A stretch of DNA of 32,000 bases from Candidatus Heimdallarchaeota archaeon B3_Heim (GTDB lineage: Archaea > Asgardarchaeota > Heimdallarchaeia > Hodarchaeales > Hodarchaeaceae): contig NJBF01000019.1 of assembly GCA_003144275.1 (NCBI GenBank), positions 44,907 through 76,906 on the forward strand, in the 5' to 3' direction. Below the pieces are notes generated by a model. That model was not told the origin of the DNA. It worked only from the letters and a program-made list of their open reading frames with translations, and made no database searches. The position numbers and the translations under genes were made by a program. Of this stretch, positions 17,452 through 26,525 are shown piece after piece. Positions within the stretch are counted from its first letter, which is position 1. Each line of letters opens with the position of its first letter.

Positions 17452-20151
17452 TTAATGAGAAATTTCCTTTGTGACTTCTGCAAGATCCATCTTGACACCC
17501 TGTATTATCGCAGGAATCTGCGATATAAGGACAATTAATAATACACCAAACCATAAAATAATCCAGGTTTGGGGTGAAACTATGATCTTGAAGTAGAATA
17601 ATCTTAAAGCGTTACTAAGGATCCAATCTGCAAGTAGTAAACCGGGGAGAATTCCACCGAGGATCCCCATGATTGTTTGGCTGAGATTTTCAATTGTAAT
17701 AATGAATAGAAATTCTTGATCCGATAAACCAAGTGTCAGCATTGTGGCACTCTCCCGTGATCGTTCTTGAAAATTAATGTGTATGGTTGTAAAAATGGCG
17801 GCTCCTGCTAAGATACAGGCAAAAACAAGGAAAATTGCTACAATTACATTGAAAGCTGCCATAGTGAGATTGACTGATGTTCGGAAATCGTACCCAAAAG
17901 TAATGGATCGAATTTCACTAAGAGAACTAATCTCTGTTTTAATATTTTCTAGAATTGTAAGATTATCTGGGTTTTTTACTTTTAGAATTAACTTAGAGTA
18001 GGGAGATAAGTCAATATCGAGATGAGAATTCTTGAAAATATCAATACCCATTGCTTCTGTAAGGGTTTGTACCGTGGTATAAGCAACAGTACTCCATATC
18101 TCTTCAGATACTCCTGTTACCGTGATATCTGCATTACTAAATTTAACTTCCTCCGCGTTACTAGAAAATGATAACCTTTCCTTGTTTTGAGTAATGAGAT
18201 TTTCTAGATAACTCAAAGTTTCATTTCTTGCACGATCTTCTCCAAATGTATACCATAAATTCCATGTTACATTAGCTGCCCAAAAAGCATAACTGATGTA
18301 AGGTATTCTCGGATAGCCATAAGATAGAATACTACCCGTGGAGGAACTTAAAGTCCTAGCCAGACCAGAAGTGAGTATAATACTGTCGTTAGGTAATAAT
18401 TGATCTTCTTTCGAAGTCCATTGAAAATTATGAGTCTGAGGAGAGGAGGAATTCCATGCGATTATTAATGCTTCTTCCTTACGACTACTTGTCTCAATAA
18501 TAGAGGGAATCTCTAATACAGCATCTACTGATTCAACACCTTCGAGTTGCTCAATAAAATCTATATCATCTATTAATCCAAGGTCCGCAAATTTAAAACC
18601 ATCATAGCTAACAGTTAAGTGATAATCTGAGGTCTGGGTGAATTGTCTGGAGATTCCAGTGTTAACTGAATCGTTAAATGCTCCTGATACAACTAAAATC
18701 ATCACAGAGGCGGAAATCGCAATTATCGTTGCGATTGTGCGCGATCTTTGTCTAAAAAGATTACGAAGAGGAATTGTGAAACGGATGCGAAATGATCGAA
18801 TTCTGAATAGCTTCTCAATGAATGAAAAACGCCCCTTACCAACTTTGATATTCCCCTGAAGCGCCTCTCGAGGTGACATTTGATTAGCTTTAACTGCAGG
18901 GATTAACCCACTAATAAAAGTTACTGTAACTCCAAAAAAGAATGCACTTAATATCACACCTAGTTGTAATTCTATTGAAATTATGGTTGGAAAACCCATG
19001 AAGTAAGCGTAAACCCAGGTTATACCTCCAGATACTATAATTCCCAATACAATCCCCACAAAACTTCCTAATATTCCCAGAATTAGCGAATAGGAGGTGT
19101 AATGAAGAAGAATATCATTGGGTGAATACCCAAGACTGGAAGCAATTCCGATTATTCGACGTTGACTTTGTACTTGACGATTAAGAGTGATGAAAATGGC
19201 AATACTTGCTACACCAAGAATAAGGATGGGAAGGACAATGGAAATTTTCTGAATTTCCTCTAAATCCATATTAAGTGCCCAATTCGAGACTTGGTATTCT
19301 TGAAAAACAGGAGGTGCGAATGAATTATTGGCGTATAAATTAAGCTCACTGTAGAAACCAGAAATTATTGATGAACGGGTTTCATCAGGTAAATCATCTG
19401 CTAATTTAACTAAAATGTTATTTGCTAGGCCAGTGAGATTAGTATACTCTTGTAAAGTCTTTAAAGGCAGATAAATTATGCCGAATCTGTTATTCGGTAA
19501 AAAATCATGGCGAGAAGGAATTACAATAAGTGATTCTGGATTATAAACAATACCTTGAATGGTAAAATTAAATTCATTGCCATTTATCCTAGTTTGAAGT
19601 GAATCATTGACATCTAAATCATACATGCGAGCATAATGTGCTTCTAAAAGGATAGAATTATTATCTAGATCAGGAATGGAATTCTCCCCATTGGCAAAAA
19701 TAAAGCCATTAATCATCTCAGTTTGAGATAAACTACAATTGAAACCAACAGCTCGTCCTGCGGTAAGCTGAAAACGTAAACCATCTTTAGTTTCAATCGA
19801 TGAATTATATCCAGATGTGGCTAATAGTCGAAAATCTATTGTTCCGATCTCAGGGTTCTGTTCAGAAAAGTTTTCGCTGAAGGACTCGATTTCTGAGATA
19901 TTAAACCAAATATCAGAGTGTGTATTTACTTCTACATCAGCAAAATTAGTAGTTGCATATATTTTATCTAAAGAAGCATATAAATTTGTATATCCCATTG
20001 TGAGAGATACATAAGAACCTACTCCAAAGATACAAAGGAAAAATAATGCTGAGAACAACAATTTTTGCTGTTTAATATCTCCAATGAGTTTTTTACGCCA
20101 GTATTGCGAAAGAAAATTCATATTCTTCGTCCTTTTCTCGTATCTTACCAT
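17452..20151 (-). CDS. ABC transporter permease, FtsX/MacB-like (duplicated periplasmic plus FtsX modules)
   Basis: TM pattern repeated twice, QRRIIGIASSLGYS, RNLFRQRSRT and ERSRESATMLTLGLS. Alternative start is ATG 20121. Confidence 0.9.
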   Translation of the reverse strand: MVRYEKRTKNMNFLSQYWRKKLIGDIKQQKLLFSALFFLCIFGVGSYVSLTMGYTNLYASLDKIYATTNFADVEVNTHSDIWFNISEIESFSENFSEQNPEIGTIDFRLLATSGYNSSIETKDGLRFQLTAGRAVGFNCSLSQTEMINGFIFANGENSIPDLDNNSILLEAHYARMYDLDVNDSLQTRINGNEFNFTIQGIVYNPESLIVIPSRHDFLPNNRFGIIYLPLKTLQEYTNLTGLANNILVKLADDLPDETRSSIISGFYSELNLYANNSFAPPVFQEYQVSNWALNMDLEEIQKISIVLPILILGVASIAIFITLNRQVQSQRRIIGIASSLGYSPNDILLHYTSYSLILGILGSFVGIVLGIIVSGGITWVYAYFMGFPTIISIELQLGVILSAFFFGVTVTFISGLIPAVKANQMSPREALQGNIKVGKGRFSFIEKLFRIRSFRIRFTIPLRNLFRQRSRTIATIIAISASVMILVVSGAFNDSVNTGISRQFTQTSDYHLTVSYDGFKFADLGLIDDIDFIEQLEGVESVDAVLEIPSIIETSSRKEEALIIAWNSSSPQTHNFQWTSKEDQLLPNDSIILTSGLARTLSSSTGSILSYGYPRIPYISYAFWAANVTWNLWYTFGEDRARNETLSYLENLITQNKERLSFSSNAEEVKFSNADITVTGVSEEIWSTVAYTTVQTLTEAMGIDIFKNSHLDIDLSPYSKLILKVKNPDNLTILENIKTEISSLSEIRSITFGYDFRTSVNLTMAAFNVIVAIFLVFACILAGAAIFTTIHINFQERSRESATMLTLGLSDQEFLFIITIENLSQTIMGILGGILPGLLLADWILSNALRLFYFKIIVSPQTWIILWFGVLLIVLISQIPAIIQGVKMDLAEVTKEISH

Positions 20152-20894
20152 ATGAGATTATCAAGATCTTCCTTGGGTATTTGATCATATGTTTCTACGC
20201 CTCCCATTTGAAGAGAAATTACATAATCAGCTATTTTTGCCAGTTGGCCGTTATGAGTAGCAATGATGAAAGTTTTCTGAGTTTGTTTATTTAATTCTTT
20301 CATTAATTTTAAGATTTTAACTCCTGTACGATAATCTAAATTTCCTGTTGGTTCATCAGCTATTATAATGGGAGGATCTTTCGCTAATGCCCTAGCAATT
20401 GCAACCCTTTGTTGTTCCCCCCCACTCATTTGGCTGGGGAAGTGATTGACTCTGTGAGTCAGCCCAACCTTTTCGAGCCATTCTAATGCTGTTGCGTGAA
20501 TATCCTTTGAGTCGTATGAAATACTTCCAGAAGAATTGGTAACACCTACTAATGCAAGACCGAATTCAACATTTTCTACTGCCGTTAAGGTTGGTAAAAG
20601 ATTAAAAAATTGAAAAATAAACCCAATCTTATGTCTTCGAAATTGAGCACGTTGTTTTCGAGTCAGGAATGAGATATCAACTCCTTCAATCAGAATTCTT
20701 CCTTTAGATGGGGTATCAATCGCACTTATTAGATTTAATAGCGTACTTTTTCCAGTACCAGAGGGGCCTATCAGAACGACAAATTTCCCTACATCTATCT
20801 CCAAAGAAAGATCTGAGAGTGCACTAACTTTGACTTCTCCCATTGTATAAAATTTGGATACATTCTCAAGATTAATTAAGTTCAAACCTGACAC
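20145..20894 (-). CDS. ABC transporter ATP-binding protein, LolD/MacB-like
   Basis: Walker [11 protein letters not shown]-loop [10 protein letters not shown], signature [24 protein letters not shown] and H-loop ATHN. Confidence 0.95.
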   Translation of the reverse strand: MSGLNLINLENVSKFYTMGEVKVSALSDLSLEIDVGKFVVLIGPSGTGKSTLLNLISAIDTPSKGRILIEGVDISFLTRKQRAQFRRHKIGFIFQFFNLLPTLTAVENVEFGLALVGVTNSSGSISYDSKDIHATALEWLEKVGLTHRVNHFPSQMSGGEQQRVAIARALAKDPPIIIADEPTGNLDYRTGVKILKLMKELNKQTQKTFIIATHNGQLAKIADYVISLQMGGVETYDQIPKEDLDNLIW

Positions 20895-20963
20895 ATTATC
20901 ACACTCCCCTAAATTCTAGGATAGAATTTTAATAATTATCTCCAAAAGAATCAAAAATATTGT

Positions 20964-21149
20964 TTGGTGTTGAAATTGAAAGAAGTAAATAATGTGAAGC
21001 TCAAAGTCAATGGTAAGTCTATTGGCCTCAAACAATTTGTCCAAGACTTTATTGGGCAATCAACTTTTGGAATGGTAAGTTCTTTACGTATAAAAGGGAT
21101 GGATATTCAAAAAATTTCTCTAGAAATTGAATACGGGGAAAAAGAATGA
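20964..21149 (+). CDS. Small protein resembling the C-terminal domain of archaeal MobB-associated proteins
   Basis: VKLKVNGKSIGLKQFVQDFIGQSTFGMVSSLR resembles the recalled pattern V.L.VNGK.I.LN.FV......GMV.SL. Recognised from memory, not searched. Confidence 0.55.
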   Translation: MVLKLKEVNNVKLKVNGKSIGLKQFVQDFIGQSTFGMVSSLRIKGMDIQKISLEIEYGEKE

Positions 21150-21215
21150 AGTTTCCTCAAGTATATGCACTCTTGAGGAATTTCAGAATGATAATTGGAA
21201 AATTGAATACGTGAC

Positions 21216-21458
21216 TCACTCAGAACTAATACATTTAGCTTTTTCATTATCAATTAAATTGTGGTACTTTTTATGTTGTTCAAAACTTTGGTTTTCAGCC
21301 ATATGCTCTAATCTATGCTCGAGACCCTCGAGTAATACGTGTTTCAACATATTTTTTTTGTCGGTAAATCCTAAGTCGAACACTGTAAAAACAGAATCGA
21401 AGTAGTTAACTAGCTCTTCTGGTAATTTTATTTCATAATTCATATTTGTCAAATCCAA
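21216..21458 (-). CDS. Hypothetical protein, possibly ribbon-helix-helix-like
   Basis: 80-aa ORF; a short strand (YEIKLPEEL) is followed by amphipathic helices. Confidence 0.45.
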   Translation of the reverse strand: MDLTNMNYEIKLPEELVNYFDSVFTVFDLGFTDKKNMLKHVLLEGLEHRLEHMAENQSFEQHKKYHNLIDNEKAKCISSE

Positions 21459-21559
21459 TATTCTAATTGAACTTAGCTTTGTAGAAAATATATTTTAAAA
21501 CGGTCGATACGAGATTCAATGAAATATGTTAAATACGCACAAAAATGCTATTAATTCTG

Positions 21560-21940
21560 TTAATAGGGTGCGTCGGTTATTTTAGGTGGTGCAAATTCGG
21601 AATTTAGCGGTTCTTCTTCGATGAAAATTGCTAAAATTATGTAAAGAATGAGACCTGCACCATATCCAAAAAAGGCTATGATAAATCCTATTCGAATGAG
21701 GATTGGATCAATACTGAAATGTTTTCCCAAACCTCCACATACACCTGCTATCCACCGGTCGCCTCGACTCCGATATAATTTCGGTTGTGTTGTGAGTCTA
21801 CGAGTAGAATATTCTGATATAGGACTAGATCTTGGACTATAGGATGTTTTATCCTTTTCTACTTCACTTCCACAGTTACTACAGAAAATATCAGATTGAA
21901 CAAGTTTTTGACCACAATTAACACAATAGTCTGACATCAT
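21560..21940 (-). CDS. Zinc-ribbon plus PspC-domain membrane protein
   Basis: YCVNCGQKL...FCSNCGSEV zinc ribbon and PspC motif KLYRSRGDRWIAGVCGGLGKHFSIDPILIRI...LILYIILAIFI. Start adjusted to ATG 21940/21937. Confidence 0.88.
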   Translation of the reverse strand: MMSDYCVNCGQKLVQSDIFCSNCGSEVEKDKTSYSPRSSPISEYSTRRLTTQPKLYRSRGDRWIAGVCGGLGKHFSIDPILIRIGFIIAFFGYGAGLILYIILAIFIEEEPLNSEFAPPKITDAPY

Positions 21941-22068
21941 GATACAACTCCAACAGACAATATTACTATCGAATAACACTCGACCCAAATATCCTTTTTA
22001 AGTTTCTCTTCGTGATCCATCTTATAGTTAAAAAATTGCTTTGAGATTAAAGGAAGATAGTTTAATAA

Positions 22069-23400
22069 ATGAAATCATTATCTAAAGGACCACAGGATGT
22101 TACTAATAAAATATGGAAATATTTTGAGTTCATTAGCCGTCCTCACACCTTATTACAAGTCTTTTCTCTTGATTATCTACTTAAAGATCCAGAAAACGCC
22201 AGTTTCAAAAAAGTGTGGGAACTCATTAAGCACAATAATTTAAATTGTTTTCAAATTGAATTGCAAATACAAAAGAAAATTATAATTATCTTTTACTTGG
22301 ATCTAGAGACGCCGTTAATATTTATCCCAGTACTGAATGATTCAATTAACAATCAGAACTATTTCCTTTTCTTATTAGTTACTAAATCAATCCGGTCACA
22401 CCTTGCTACTCGCTACAATCAAGAACTTGAGAGTATTCTAATCAATATTGGTACCGAATCAGAAGAAAATTCATTTCTTGTTTACAAACCAGAAGAACAG
22501 CAGGGGGGAAAAAAAGATTTGATAACTTTAAAGAAAGGAAGGAAAAAGAGTCCATTTGGAATTCTGAACAAAAAAAATAAGTTAAACTATCTTACAGGTA
22601 GAGAATGGCTTCGAATGACCAAATCTTGGATAATAGTTAGGCCACCTCCTCGTAAAAAGAACGAAATATTGCATCCTGCGAAATTTCCGGAAAAATTGAT
22701 CCGAAAGTTTATCACATTTTTTACAAAACCTGGAGAGCTAGTTGTTGATCCCTTTTTAGGAAGTGGCAGTACAGTAATCGCTGCTAAGCAATGTAATAGA
22801 AATGCTATTGGAATTGAGCTTGCAGAAAAATATGTGGGGATTAGCAATGAACGACTCACCCAACTGGCATCCCTTCCTTATAGTCCTCTTTATTTAACAA
22901 AAGAAAAAGGATACTGGGATGTAATCCATGCCAATAGTTTGAAATTATCAGAAATTTGGGAAAAAAACGGTTTTTCTGAGATTGATTTTGTGATCACCTC
23001 TCCACCATATTGGAGTCAATTAGATCGTACAGAAATGCGTCAAAAAGATCGAAAAATAAAAGGATTAGACACTAAATATAGTGAAATGAATCAACTCGAT
23101 GTTGCTAACATACGTGATTACAAATTGTTTTTAGAGACACAGAAAGGAGTTTTTCATCAGCTATATAACCTGGTGAAACCTAAAGGATATTTAGTGGTTA
23201 TCACAAACAATGTTTTTGCTGATGGTAAACTCTATCCACTAGCTTACGATACCGCAACCACTTTGTCAGAATCAGATTGGGTTCTAAAAGATGAAAAACT
23301 TTGGTTACAGGATGATAAACGTTTACTTGCCCTAGGTGTCAACAATGCATGGGTAGGTAACCGTTGTCACCAATACTGTTTAATTTTTAGAAAAGAATAG
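22069..23400 (+). CDS. DNA amino-methyltransferase (N4mC/N6mA, motif I before motif IV) with N-terminal extension
   Basis: HPAKFPEKL, motif I VVDPFLGSGST, AIGIEL and motif IV VITSPPYW; SPPY is typical of N4-cytosine enzymes. Confidence 0.85.
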   Translation: MKSLSKGPQDVTNKIWKYFEFISRPHTLLQVFSLDYLLKDPENASFKKVWELIKHNNLNCFQIELQIQKKIIIIFYLDLETPLIFIPVLNDSINNQNYFLFLLVTKSIRSHLATRYNQELESILINIGTESEENSFLVYKPEEQQGGKKDLITLKKGRKKSPFGILNKKNKLNYLTGREWLRMTKSWIIVRPPPRKKNEILHPAKFPEKLIRKFITFFTKPGELVVDPFLGSGSTVIAAKQCNRNAIGIELAEKYVGISNERLTQLASLPYSPLYLTKEKGYWDVIHANSLKLSEIWEKNGFSEIDFVITSPPYWSQLDRTEMRQKDRKIKGLDTKYSEMNQLDVANIRDYKLFLETQKGVFHQLYNLVKPKGYLVVITNNVFADGKLYPLAYDTATTLSESDWVLKDEKLWLQDDKRLLALGVNNAWVGNRCHQYCLIFRKE

Positions 23401-23403
23401 AAA

Positions 23404-24000
23404 TTATATTTTTTTTTCCATAATCAAATAAGGAAAAGTCTTCTCGGGAGGGTGATCAGTGGATAAAATACGAAACCCTTTTTGATCAACAAATCCAGTT
23501 AATAAGCTAGGATTCAACCCGTAAGGAAGCTCGATTCCGTATTTAATGAAAAAGTCTTGACTAAAACTCACTTCATAATATTTTTCGCAAGGGATAAAAT
23601 TCATTGAATGGAACCAAGGAGTAATTTCGTTATCTTCTCGGAAAGAAACCTCTAATCTATTAATTTGATTATCCTTTCGAATAATGGTAATTGCCTTTTC
23701 AAGTAGTTTAGTGGCAATTTTTTGACGTCGATATTTTGGATGAACACCAATGAGGGATATTTGGCCACAATATTCTTCATCTTTACTACATAACTGTTCT
23801 GAAGGAGGTATCAATTCAATATCGAGAAAAGCAACAATTTTACCTCCATGAAGAATTATATGCTCAACAATAGGTTGTTCATAGCGAGGTTTAACTTTTA
23901 GAATCATATCATAGTATGAGGAGGCATAAAAGGTCTCTTTCAAACATTCTAACCACTGTTTTTCGTAGTTGGGGGCATAATCCTTAATCTTTAAATCCAA
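23404..24000 (-). CDS. GNAT-family N-acetyltransferase
   Basis: Acetyl-CoA motif A IGVHPKYRRQKIATKLL and KIVAFLDIE. Confidence 0.85.
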   Translation of the reverse strand: MDLKIKDYAPNYEKQWLECLKETFYASSYYDMILKVKPRYEQPIVEHIILHGGKIVAFLDIELIPPSEQLCSKDEEYCGQISLIGVHPKYRRQKIATKLLEKAITIIRKDNQINRLEVSFREDNEITPWFHSMNFIPCEKYYEVSFSQDFFIKYGIELPYGLNPSLLTGFVDQKGFRILSTDHPPEKTFPYLIMEKKI

Positions 24001-24027
24001 TCAGCGACTCTCCATTGGTTAAGTAAA

Positions 24028-24231
24028 TTAATGCTTCATCTGAAATCCTTTTCTTATTTGTTGTTTACGGATTTTGTCTTGAGTGCATGGAGTCTCAATG
24101 TTCTTTGTAATACAGTCATTACAAACAAAAACGTGCCATCTATCTGGGCATTCAATTTTCCAATAGGAGTAAACTCGAAAGTTGGGGTCATTAATAAGAT
24201 TTAAATCACATAGAGCGCATCTTCTAGTCAT
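24028..24231 (-). CDS. Small Cys/His zinc-finger protein, RING-like
   Basis: C5-x2-C8...C28-x4-H33-x3-C37-x2-C40...C49-x2-D52. The ATG directly follows the recJ-like TAG (TAGATG). Confidence 0.65.
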   Translation of the reverse strand: MTRRCALCDLNLINDPNFRVYSYWKIECPDRWHVFVCNDCITKNIETPCTQDKIRKQQIRKGFQMKH

Positions 24232-26361
24232 CTACTGGTTCTCCGATGTTGTAACGCTAATTATCGTTAATTTTTCATGAATTAAATCAATAAATTCAGT
24301 TCTCGCACCTGTGATAAACTTAAGGCTTCCAACAATTTCATGACCTCCTCCTTCGATGTTTGCATGTGGCATATCTTCGGCTAAAGTTCTTACTAGATTA
24401 GGAAAATCGAGTTTCACATGTTGAGACCGAAATATGGCAAAATCTGGCCCTAATCCGATAGCAACTAATGGTTTTTTTGAATTTTGTCTACCAAGATGAT
24501 CAAAAAGACTTCCTGTGATCTTTCCAGGGGGAGGATAGTCAAACCGACTGGCGAATTGCTCAACATCTAATATGGCTAATTGTATTCCATTTGGTAAAGC
24601 TGTTTCTTGACAATATTCGAGAGAGATGAGTAGTTGCTTTTCGAGAAGATCTCGGGCTTCTGTGGCTAACAACTTCACAAAGGCTAGCTGTCGTTCATCA
24701 GTTCCTTTGATTCCGAGTAGATCAGTCAGCAAAAGTCGGCCTGGTGAAAATTTAAGGAAATATGCTTGGTAATCTACAGCTATCGCAATATCAGATAAAA
24801 ATGATTCAGTATAATTCCGTTGCTTAGCAAGTTCTAGGTATTGGTCGAATTCTTCCCCTTTAACTCGATCTCCGATACCTGCAATGGCTGGGATATGAAT
24901 TATATCAGTAGTAACTGCTGGGTTCACAAAACGAGCTAGCTCAACACCAAGCATACCCGTGCATATATTATAATCACCACCAGCATAATAATTATTCAAA
25001 TGATTACTAATAACTTCTTGAACAGAAGCCGAAGGAAAATGATGATCAACTACCATGACTTCCATACCATAGGTTTGTAGAAGTTTATAAGAAAAGAGAC
25101 TCTCTTCACTACTACCTGTATCAAGCATAATGACTAAGGGAAGTTTATCACCAAAGCGATTTTCATCCTCTAAAGCAAAATTAACATCTCGGACAGCATC
25201 TAAAGGGTCATAAAAGGGAGGTTTGTTAACTGTTCGCTTGATTAAATGACGTAATTTATCCTCATCAATCTGTTGATAAGTATCTCTCCATAGTTGACGT
25301 AAAGATAATTCTAACGCAATTCCTGCGGAAATCCCATCGCAATCATTATGATGACGAATTATAATGGGTTGAGATTCAAAAAATGCCCTGCGAAGTCGTT
25401 TTGCAACGGCAATAAACTTAGGACGTAAAAGATTGAGAACTTTTGATTTCACTAAAAAATCAATGGATTGAGGTTCGCTTATTGCATCTAAGTGTGCTTT
25501 TAGCTTCTTGTTGAATGCATTTGAGTATGCTTCATCGACGATGAACATATCCGCAATTTCAATTTGCTCTGCTCCGCGATGAACATTAAATTGCCCTGCC
25601 ACCTCTACAATATCCCCGATGGCCATTTCATCAACAAAATCTAATCGAAACGCAGCGGCTTCAATATTTCCAGTCTCATCTAGTAATGTGAATACTTTTG
25701 GTCCATTGGGAATCTGACGAACATTCTCAATTCGAGCAATAAAAGAGAGGAATGCCCCTACGTCCCGTTTCTGATGAATTTTTTGCAAAGGAATAGGGTC
25801 ATGCATTCTTGTAACAGAAAACTGAGATACGTCAGTTATCTTAATTTCCTCAAATTCAAGTTTATCTGCCTTCATGTTTATTAATTTTATAATAACTGTA
25901 TCATCTTTCTTTCCTGCAAAGCGCTTATTCCTTACTAATCCCTCGATTTTAGGAGCTAATTGCACGAAATAACCAAAGTCAACAATATTTACGACTTTAC
26001 TTTGATAAAGCTGGTTAAATTCAACCATTTGTTTTGTTACTGGAGGGATTAACTGGTGTATTGAAGTTTTTCCTTGACATTTTGTACACAGATCGATATT
26101 GTCTTCTTTCAGAGGATTTCCACATAAGACACATTTTAATTTGAGAGTGCCTTCTCCTAAACATGAAGGACAAGGTTTATCTGTACTTATCTCAATTTTT
26201 CCTGAGCCCTTACACTTAGAACAGGTGTCTTTCGCTTTTGGCTTTCCTCCTCCAATTAGAATCTTAGTGGATCCCATCCCACGACATTGAGGACATTTTT
26301 TCTTTATTTTCGTCGATATAATTCCGCTTCCAGTACACAGAGGACATTTTTTAGAACTCAT
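24232..26361 (-). CDS. Archaeal RecJ-like DHH protein with DnaJ-type Zn finger, S1 and OB domains (COG1107-type)
   Basis: Repeated CxxCxGxG (CPLCTGSG, CPQCRGMG, CSKCKGSG, CPSCLGEG), S1-like VNIVDFGYFVQL, OB-fold region, IRHHNDCDG, MLDTGS, VVDHH, GIGDR and DHHA1 GGGH. Confidence 0.9.
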   Translation of the reverse strand: MSSKKCPLCTGSGIISTKIKKKCPQCRGMGSTKILIGGGKPKAKDTCSKCKGSGKIEISTDKPCPSCLGEGTLKLKCVLCGNPLKEDNIDLCTKCQGKTSIHQLIPPVTKQMVEFNQLYQSKVVNIVDFGYFVQLAPKIEGLVRNKRFAGKKDDTVIIKLINMKADKLEFEEIKITDVSQFSVTRMHDPIPLQKIHQKRDVGAFLSFIARIENVRQIPNGPKVFTLLDETGNIEAAAFRLDFVDEMAIGDIVEVAGQFNVHRGAEQIEIADMFIVDEAYSNAFNKKLKAHLDAISEPQSIDFLVKSKVLNLLRPKFIAVAKRLRRAFFESQPIIIRHHNDCDGISAGIALELSLRQLWRDTYQQIDEDKLRHLIKRTVNKPPFYDPLDAVRDVNFALEDENRFGDKLPLVIMLDTGSSEESLFSYKLLQTYGMEVMVVDHHFPSASVQEVISNHLNNYYAGGDYNICTGMLGVELARFVNPAVTTDIIHIPAIAGIGDRVKGEEFDQYLELAKQRNYTESFLSDIAIAVDYQAYFLKFSPGRLLLTDLLGIKGTDERQLAFVKLLATEARDLLEKQLLISLEYCQETALPNGIQLAILDVEQFASRFDYPPPGKITGSLFDHLGRQNSKKPLVAIGLGPDFAIFRSQHVKLDFPNLVRTLAEDMPHANIEGGGHEIVGSLKFITGARTEFIDLIHEKLTIISVTTSENQ

Positions 26362-26525
26362 GGATAATTCTCCAATGTAACGCTATTTGATTATCGTTTG
26401 TTTCGCGATTACTGTTAGTAGCATTGAAAAGGGAGTATTTATTAATATAAAGGAAGAATTATTTATATTCAAAGGATGCGGAATGACTCTTACACTAACC
26501 TTGAAGTGAAAAAAGCCCAGGATAT

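Noticed and set aside
17777-20014. Plus-strand ORFs of 65-74 aa inside the ABC permease
   Set aside because: Antisense shadows of a well-supported gene.
22069-24231. Complete restriction-modification or defence island
   Set aside because: No recognisable nuclease, specificity subunit or mobile-element context beside the MTase.
24232-26361. DnaJ chaperone call
   Set aside because: It has CxxCxGxG repeats but no J-domain HPD; the rest is S1/OB/DHH.
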